A DNA stretch of 31,573 nucleotides, from NCBI GenBank assembly GCA_016218185.1, contig JACREP010000046.1, forward strand, positions 1 to 31,573, in the 5' to 3' direction. Source of the DNA: Candidatus Gottesmanbacteria bacterium. Its GTDB lineage: Bacteria; Patescibacteriota; Microgenomatia; UBA10105; UBA927. The first letter of the stretch is position 1. Each line of letters opens with the position of its first letter. The position numbers were made by a program, and so were the translations under genes. A model generated the notes under the pieces. The model made no database searches. It had not been told where the DNA came from and saw nothing but the letters and a program-made list of their open reading frames with translations. Below, in pieces: positions 26,858 to 31,573 of the stretch.

Positions 26858-27362
26858 ACCCAAAATCGCGGTTCTTTTGGGGAGCGATTCCGATCTTCCG
26901 GTCGCACGGGATGCGCTTGCGACGCTCGATGAGTTTCACGTACCCTTTGATGTGCGGATCTTTTCTGCCCATCGAAGTCCTGACGATACCGTAACCTATG
27001 TGAAGAAGGCCACGAGCAGCGGAGTGTTACTTTTTATTGCGGCAGCAGGAGGCGCTGCGCACCTGGCAGGGGTTATTGCTGCGCACACCACTCTTCCGGT
27101 TATCGGTATTCCCATACAGACCAAATCGCTGAGAGGCGTTGATTCGCTGTATTCTACCGTGCAGATGCCGCCCGGAGTGCCGGTGGCCACCGTCGGCATC
27201 AATGCCGCCAAAAACGCAGGGCTTTTGGCCATACAAATACTTGCAGTCGGCGATGCGCGGCTTACGAAGCAGTTAAAAACGTATAAGACACAGCTTGCAA
27301 AAGGCGTACGAAAGAAAAACACAGCGCTTGAGCGCTTGGGCTGGAAAAAATATGATATCTAA
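26850..27362 (+). CDS. purE: N5-CAIR mutase (class I PurE)
   Basis: [46 protein letters not shown]. Confidence 0.97.
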   Translation: MDKPKIAVLLGSDSDLPVARDALATLDEFHVPFDVRIFSAHRSPDDTVTYVKKATSSGVLLFIAAAGGAAHLAGVIAAHTTLPVIGIPIQTKSLRGVDSLYSTVQMPPGVPVATVGINAAKNAGLLAIQILAVGDARLTKQLKTYKTQLAKGVRKKNTALERLGWKKYDI

Positions 27363-28389
27363 GGCAACGATTATTCGATCCCTGCCGTATGTGCTCAAAA
27401 CGATTGATATTCCCGGTTTGGGAAAAAAATATCAGGGCAAAGTGCGCGATTTTTATATCAAAAACGGTAAACGGATTCTTATCACGACGGACCGTCAGTC
27501 AGCCTTTGACGTTATCCTTGGACATATTCCGTTTAAGGGCGCAGTACTTAACCTGCTTTCTGCATTTTGGTTTGAGGAAACAAAAGATATCGTCCCAAAC
27601 CATATGATTTCTGTACCCGATCCCAACGTCATGATTACCCGGGATTGTACGCCCATACCCGTGGAGATGATTGTCCGCGGATATATTTCGGGGGTTACCA
27701 AAACATCGATTTGGTACTCGTACGAGCGTGGTGAACAGCTTATTTACGGTATACCGTTTCCGGATGGGCTCAAAAAAAACCAAAAGTTACCAAATCCTGT
27801 TATAACGCCAACAACACACCCTTTGGCCGGAAGTACTGTGCATGACGAGCGCTTGACCCGGGAGCAAATTATCAAGCAAAAGATTGTTCCCAAAAAGCTC
27901 TATGAGCAAATGGAGCGCGCTGCCTTGGCGCTATTTGCCCGGGGGACGCGCATCTGTGAGCGTCGGGGACTTATTCTGGTGGATACAAAGTACGAGTTTG
28001 GCATGTATAAGGGAAAACTTACCCTTATTGACGAGATTCACACGCCGGATTCATCACGTTTTTGGACGAAGGAGAGCTATGATCGCATATTTCATACCGA
28101 TGAAAAAGGCGAAGCCCCGAACCAACGCTCCTCCGACGCGAGGACGCAGACCTCGGGAGGAGGGAAGTTTGGTTCTGGGGAGCCGGATAATTTCGATAAG
28201 GAATTCTTGCGTCTCTGGTATGCCCAGCGCGGGTACCGCGGCGAAGGATCGCCACCAAAAATGCCCACAGAGCTCGTCATTGCACTCGCAAGGCGCTATA
28301 TTGCCGTCTACGAAAAAATCACAGGCAGGAAGTTTCGAGCATTCTCGTATCCGATTAATCAACGAATTATTCAGGCACTCACCACATGA
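27352..28389 (+). CDS. purC: SAICAR synthetase (long type) with a ~24-aa insertion
   Basis: [65 protein letters not shown] 27352 preferred over 27295. Confidence 0.96.
   Translation: MISKATIIRSLPYVLKTIDIPGLGKKYQGKVRDFYIKNGKRILITTDRQSAFDVILGHIPFKGAVLNLLSAFWFEETKDIVPNHMISVPDPNVMITRDCTPIPVEMIVRGYISGVTKTSIWYSYERGEQLIYGIPFPDGLKKNQKLPNPVITPTTHPLAGSTVHDERLTREQIIKQKIVPKKLYEQMERAALALFARGTRICERRGLILVDTKYEFGMYKGKLTLIDEIHTPDSSRFWTKESYDRIFHTDEKGEAPNQRSSDARTQTSGGGKFGSGEPDNFDKEFLRLWYAQRGYRGEGSPPKMPTELVIALARRYIAVYEKITGRKFRAFSYPINQRIIQALTT
28122..28154 (+). repeat. Short element within the in-frame insertion of purC, related to the pyrF insert
   Basis: CCAACGCTCCTCCGACGCGAGGACGCAGACCTC, flanked by CCCGA...TCGGG inverted ends (28116-28120 / 28153-28157). 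Confidence 0.65.
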
Positions 28390-29486
28390 CGAGCAGCCCC
28401 CTCACGTATCGATCAGCTGGTGTTTCCTACGAAACCCTTGATACACTGAAGCGTTTGGCTCAGCTGGAAGGCAAAAAAAGCGCGGTTCATACAGAGTTAA
28501 AAGAAGTTTCCCAGAGTCGTGGTGAGTCGGCGTACGTGTGGGAAGAAAAAGATTGCTATCGTGCATTGGTGATAGAAGGATTAGGGACGAAAAATCTGAT
28601 TGCGGATGCGATGCGGAAGATTACCGCCAGGACGTATTACGACGCCATAGCACAGGATACCGTGGCAATGATTGTAAATGACCTGATTGTGGTGGGAGCC
28701 AAGCCGCAAGTCGTGAATGCCTATTTCGGCGTGGGAAATTCTGATTGGTTTTCCGATAAAAAACGGGCCGGCGATTTAGTCACCGGATGGGCAAAAGCGT
28801 GTAAGCTGGCCGGAGCGGTATGGGGAGGAGGAGAGACCCCGACTCTTAAAGACATCATTAAACCGGATACGATAGATTTGGCCGGATCTGCTATTGGCAT
28901 CATCAAGCCGAAGCGCCGACTGATCTTAGGAGATAAACTTACTGCCGGAGATGCAATTCTTCTTATTGAAAGCAACGGCATTCATGCAAATGGTTTAACA
29001 CTCGCAAGAGCAATTGCCCAGAAGTTTCCCCGCGGTTATGCGACAAAGCTACCGAGCGGTTCACGCTATGGCGAGGCGCTCCTTCGTCCCACGCATATCT
29101 ATACCCAGATAGTAGAAGACCTATTTCTCAATGGTATCGAGGTCCACTATATGGTGCACATTACCGGTCACGGTTGGCGCAAACTCATGAGGGCAAATCG
29201 GAGCTTTCGGTACATAATAGATGATATAGGAAAGGTACCGCCGATTTTTGGATTTATCCAAACGCATTCTGGAATGAATGACCGCGATATGTACGCCACG
29301 TTTAACATGGGTGCAGGGTTTGCACTTTTCGTGCCGTCAGATGAACGAGAGAAGGCGCAACGCATTATTGCCCGGAATAAACTCGCATGTTGGCGCGCAG
29401 GAACAGTAAAAAACGGCCCAAAACAGGTTCTCATCCGTCCCAAAGCCATTACCTTTTCTGCTGGTAGTCTTCGTGTGCGGCCGTAG
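28386..29486 (+). CDS. purM: AIR synthetase (phosphoribosylformylglycinamidine cyclo-ligase)
   Basis: YRSAGV, EGLGTK (DGVGTK variant), AMIVNDL..VGAKP, GGETP, SNGIHANG, HITGHG, TFNMGAGF. Confidence 0.95.
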   Translation: MTSSPLTYRSAGVSYETLDTLKRLAQLEGKKSAVHTELKEVSQSRGESAYVWEEKDCYRALVIEGLGTKNLIADAMRKITARTYYDAIAQDTVAMIVNDLIVVGAKPQVVNAYFGVGNSDWFSDKKRAGDLVTGWAKACKLAGAVWGGGETPTLKDIIKPDTIDLAGSAIGIIKPKRRLILGDKLTAGDAILLIESNGIHANGLTLARAIAQKFPRGYATKLPSGSRYGEALLRPTHIYTQIVEDLFLNGIEVHYMVHITGHGWRKLMRANRSFRYIIDDIGKVPPIFGFIQTHSGMNDRDMYATFNMGAGFALFVPSDEREKAQRIIARNKLACWRAGTVKNGPKQVLIRPKAITFSAGSLRVRP

Positions 29487-29512
29487 GCTTCAAAACGAGC
29501 TGCTTTACTTTT

Positions 29513-29541
29513 TTGACATGATCCCGTATCTTTGGTAACAT
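29513..29541 (+). promoter_or_regulatory. pyrG promoter, probably leaderless
   Basis: TTGACA (29513-29518), 17 bp, TAACAT (29536-29541); ATG begins at the 6th nt after the -10. Confidence 0.75.
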
Positions 29542-29546
29542 AGATT

Positions 29547-31202
29547 ATGCCCACGAAATTTATCTTCGTTTCCGGTGGAGTGATATCAGGCCTTGGGAAA
29601 GGCGTCACCACTGCCTCCATCGCCCTTCTTCTTCAAAACAGAGGATACTGCATAACTCCCGTCAAGTGTGAAAACTACCTCAATACGGATGCGGGGCTTA
29701 TCAACCCTATCGAACACGGCGACCCGTTCCTTTGCGAAGACGGCACCGAGGCGGATATGGACATGGGAACGTATGAAAAGTTTTTGGATAAAAACATGGA
29801 ACGCCACAACTTCATCACCATGGGACAAATCTATAAAACAGTCATTGAGCGCGAACGGAACTTCGGATACGACGGAGAGGATGTCGAGGCGATCCCGCAT
29901 GTGACCAATGAAATTCTCAAACGGATTCAGGAGGCCGGAGAAAAAGGAAATGCGGACATTGTGGTGGTGGAACTTGGGGGAACTGCCGGTGAGTATCAAA
30001 ATGCGCTCTATTATGAGGCGTCACGCATCCTTTCCCGCAACAAAAAGAACTCGGTGATTCACGTGCATGTCAGCTACCTGCCCACGCCGCAGCACCTGGG
30101 CGAGCCTAAAACCAAACCCACGCAGCTTTCCGTGCGCACGCTCAACTCTATGGGGATCCAGCCGGATTTTATCGTGACGCGTTCAGAAAAACCCATGGAT
30201 GCGCGCCGGCGGGCCCGGTTTGCACTATTTTGCAACGTGGATCCGGAAAACGTGATCGACAGCGTCGACATGAAAACGCCCTACGAGGCACCTCTCCACC
30301 TGGCCAAGCAAAAGATAGATGAAAAAATTTTGGATATGTTGGGACTGCCGCACAAAGAACTCGACACGAAACGTTGGGAAGAAATGGTAGCGAAGGTGTA
30401 TAACAAAAAAGCGAAGTCGGTTACCATCGCGATTGTGGGCAAATACTTTGCCACCGGCGAATATCAGCTGCGTGACAGCTACGCGGCGCTCATGGATGCG
30501 ATTGACCACGCCAGTTGGGAGAAAGGAGTGGATACTACGGTCCAATGGATTCAGGCGGAGAGGTTGGAAAAGGGTAACTTGACGGAACTTGAAGGCGTTG
30601 ACGGCATCATTGTACCGATCGGCTGGGGACCGCGTGGGGTTGAAGGAAAAATCATGGCCATCGAGTACGCGCGCGTCCGTAAAATTCCTTATTTGGGTCT
30701 CTGCTATGGTATGCAGCTGGCAATTGTTGAATATGCACGGAACGTATTGGGTCTGAAAGGCGCCCATACGCTTGAGTGCGATGCGGATACTGTCCATCCG
30801 GTGATTCACATGATTTTAGGGCAGCAGGATATTCTCAAACGCCGTGCCTACGGCGGCACGATGCGACTGGGGCGTTGGGAATGCCGTGTCGCCCCGGCAA
30901 CCATAGCGGACGCCAGTTATACGGCGTACAAGGCTTATGATGATCCGAAAAATCGTATCGTCGGTGAGCGCCACCGGCACCGCTATGAATTTAATGACGC
31001 ATATGTCAAGCAGTTTGAAAAGTCAGGGATGATATTGGCCGGGAGGAGCGTGATTGAACAACTGGTCGAGATTATTGAGCTTCCTAAAACGAAACATCCG
31101 TTTTTCCTCGGCACACAGTATCATCCGGAATATCGAAGCCGGCCGCTCCGGCCCCACCCTATATTTCTTTCCTACATAGAGGCTTGTTCTTCCCGAGGCT
31201 AA
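29547..31202 (+). CDS. pyrG: CTP synthase
   Basis: [59 protein letters not shown]. Confidence 0.98.
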   Translation: MPTKFIFVSGGVISGLGKGVTTASIALLLQNRGYCITPVKCENYLNTDAGLINPIEHGDPFLCEDGTEADMDMGTYEKFLDKNMERHNFITMGQIYKTVIERERNFGYDGEDVEAIPHVTNEILKRIQEAGEKGNADIVVVELGGTAGEYQNALYYEASRILSRNKKNSVIHVHVSYLPTPQHLGEPKTKPTQLSVRTLNSMGIQPDFIVTRSEKPMDARRRARFALFCNVDPENVIDSVDMKTPYEAPLHLAKQKIDEKILDMLGLPHKELDTKRWEEMVAKVYNKKAKSVTIAIVGKYFATGEYQLRDSYAALMDAIDHASWEKGVDTTVQWIQAERLEKGNLTELEGVDGIIVPIGWGPRGVEGKIMAIEYARVRKIPYLGLCYGMQLAIVEYARNVLGLKGAHTLECDADTVHPVIHMILGQQDILKRRAYGGTMRLGRWECRVAPATIADASYTAYKAYDDPKNRIVGERHRHRYEFNDAYVKQFEKSGMILAGRSVIEQLVEIIELPKTKHPFFLGTQYHPEYRSRPLRPHPIFLSYIEACSSRG

Positions 31203-31212
31203 CTGGTACAAT
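31184..31212 (+). promoter_or_regulatory. rplS promoter, probably leaderless
   Basis: TTGTTC (31184-31189), 17 bp, TACAAT (31207-31212); ATG begins at the 7th nt after the -10. Confidence 0.65.
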
Positions 31213-31218
31213 ATCGCC

Positions 31219-31573
31219 ATGGCAAATGTTACTGTGTGGACCGACGGAGAGGGTGAGACAAAGAAAACTGCCGCGTTTCATGTCGGCGATACCGTGCGCG
31301 TACACTATAAACTCATAGAGAAGGAAAAAGTCTCAGGCAAGACCAAACGCGAGGTGCATGAGGAAACTCACGAGCGCACACAAGTTTTTGAAGGCATCGT
31401 GCTTGCGATCCGCGGGTCAGGCGAAAACACCATGTTCACGGTACGCAGAATCGGCGCCGGAGCAATCGGAATTGAGCGCATATTTCCGCTTGCTTCCCCG
31501 TGGATTAAAAAACTTGAGGTAAAAAAACACGGGGAGGTGCGTCGCGCCAAACTTTATTATCTCCGTGGCCGCA
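31219..31573 (+). CDS. rplS: 50S ribosomal protein L19 (3' truncated by window edge; not in the ORF track)
   Basis: Read by hand: MANVTVW...[15 protein letters not shown][[17 protein letters not shown]][15 protein letters not shown]...[19 protein letters not shown]...[12 protein letters not shown]. Confidence 0.96.
   Translation, partial: MANVTVWTDGEGETKKTAAFHVGDTVRVHYKLIEKEKVSGKTKREVHEETHERTQVFEGIVLAIRGSGENTMFTVRRIGAGAIGIERIFPLASPWIKKLEVKKHGEVRRAKLYYLRGR

Noticed and set aside
3104-27351. Longer ORF-track starts for CBS (3104), pyrB (8078), purF (15727) and purC (27295)
   Set aside because: They overlap promoters, leaders or the upstream gene; downstream ATGs fit family N-termini better.

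Overview
Dense, almost entirely + strand housekeeping window (genetic code 11; TGA is used as stop). It contains the end of an F1Fo ATP synthase operon (atpA'-atpG-atpD-atpC), a stand-alone CBS-pair gene, a de novo pyrimidine block (carA-carB-pyrB-pyrC-pyrD-[LOG/SLOG]-[hicB-hicA]-pyrF-pyrE-[coiled-coil ORF]-upp), one - strand PaaX-family regulator, a de novo purine block (purF-purN-like-purD-purSL-purQ-purP-purP-like-purB-purE-purC-purM), pyrG and the 5' part of rplS. No rRNA, tRNA, CRISPR array or transposase was seen. Sparse Shine-Dalgarno sites, leaderless-type promoters, a solo PaaX-like gene and an L19 loop insertion suggest a Patescibacteria/CPR (Microgenomates-like) host; this is inference. 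Main signals not explained by gene calls: (1) a 46-bp widely spaced palindrome brackets the PaaX-like gene, and a third ungapped copy lies on a putative internal pyrB promoter 6.6 kb away, suggesting a PaaX-controlled nucleotide regulon or a dispersed repeat; (2) a related ~33-bp element is inserted in frame, in opposite orientations, in pyrF and purC; (3) an archaeal-type PurP + PurP-like tandem occurs with no purH/purO; (4) terminator-containing leaders precede carA and purF, and the carA leader is laid out like a CTP-sensitive start-site switch. All alignments and motif calls were made by eye.
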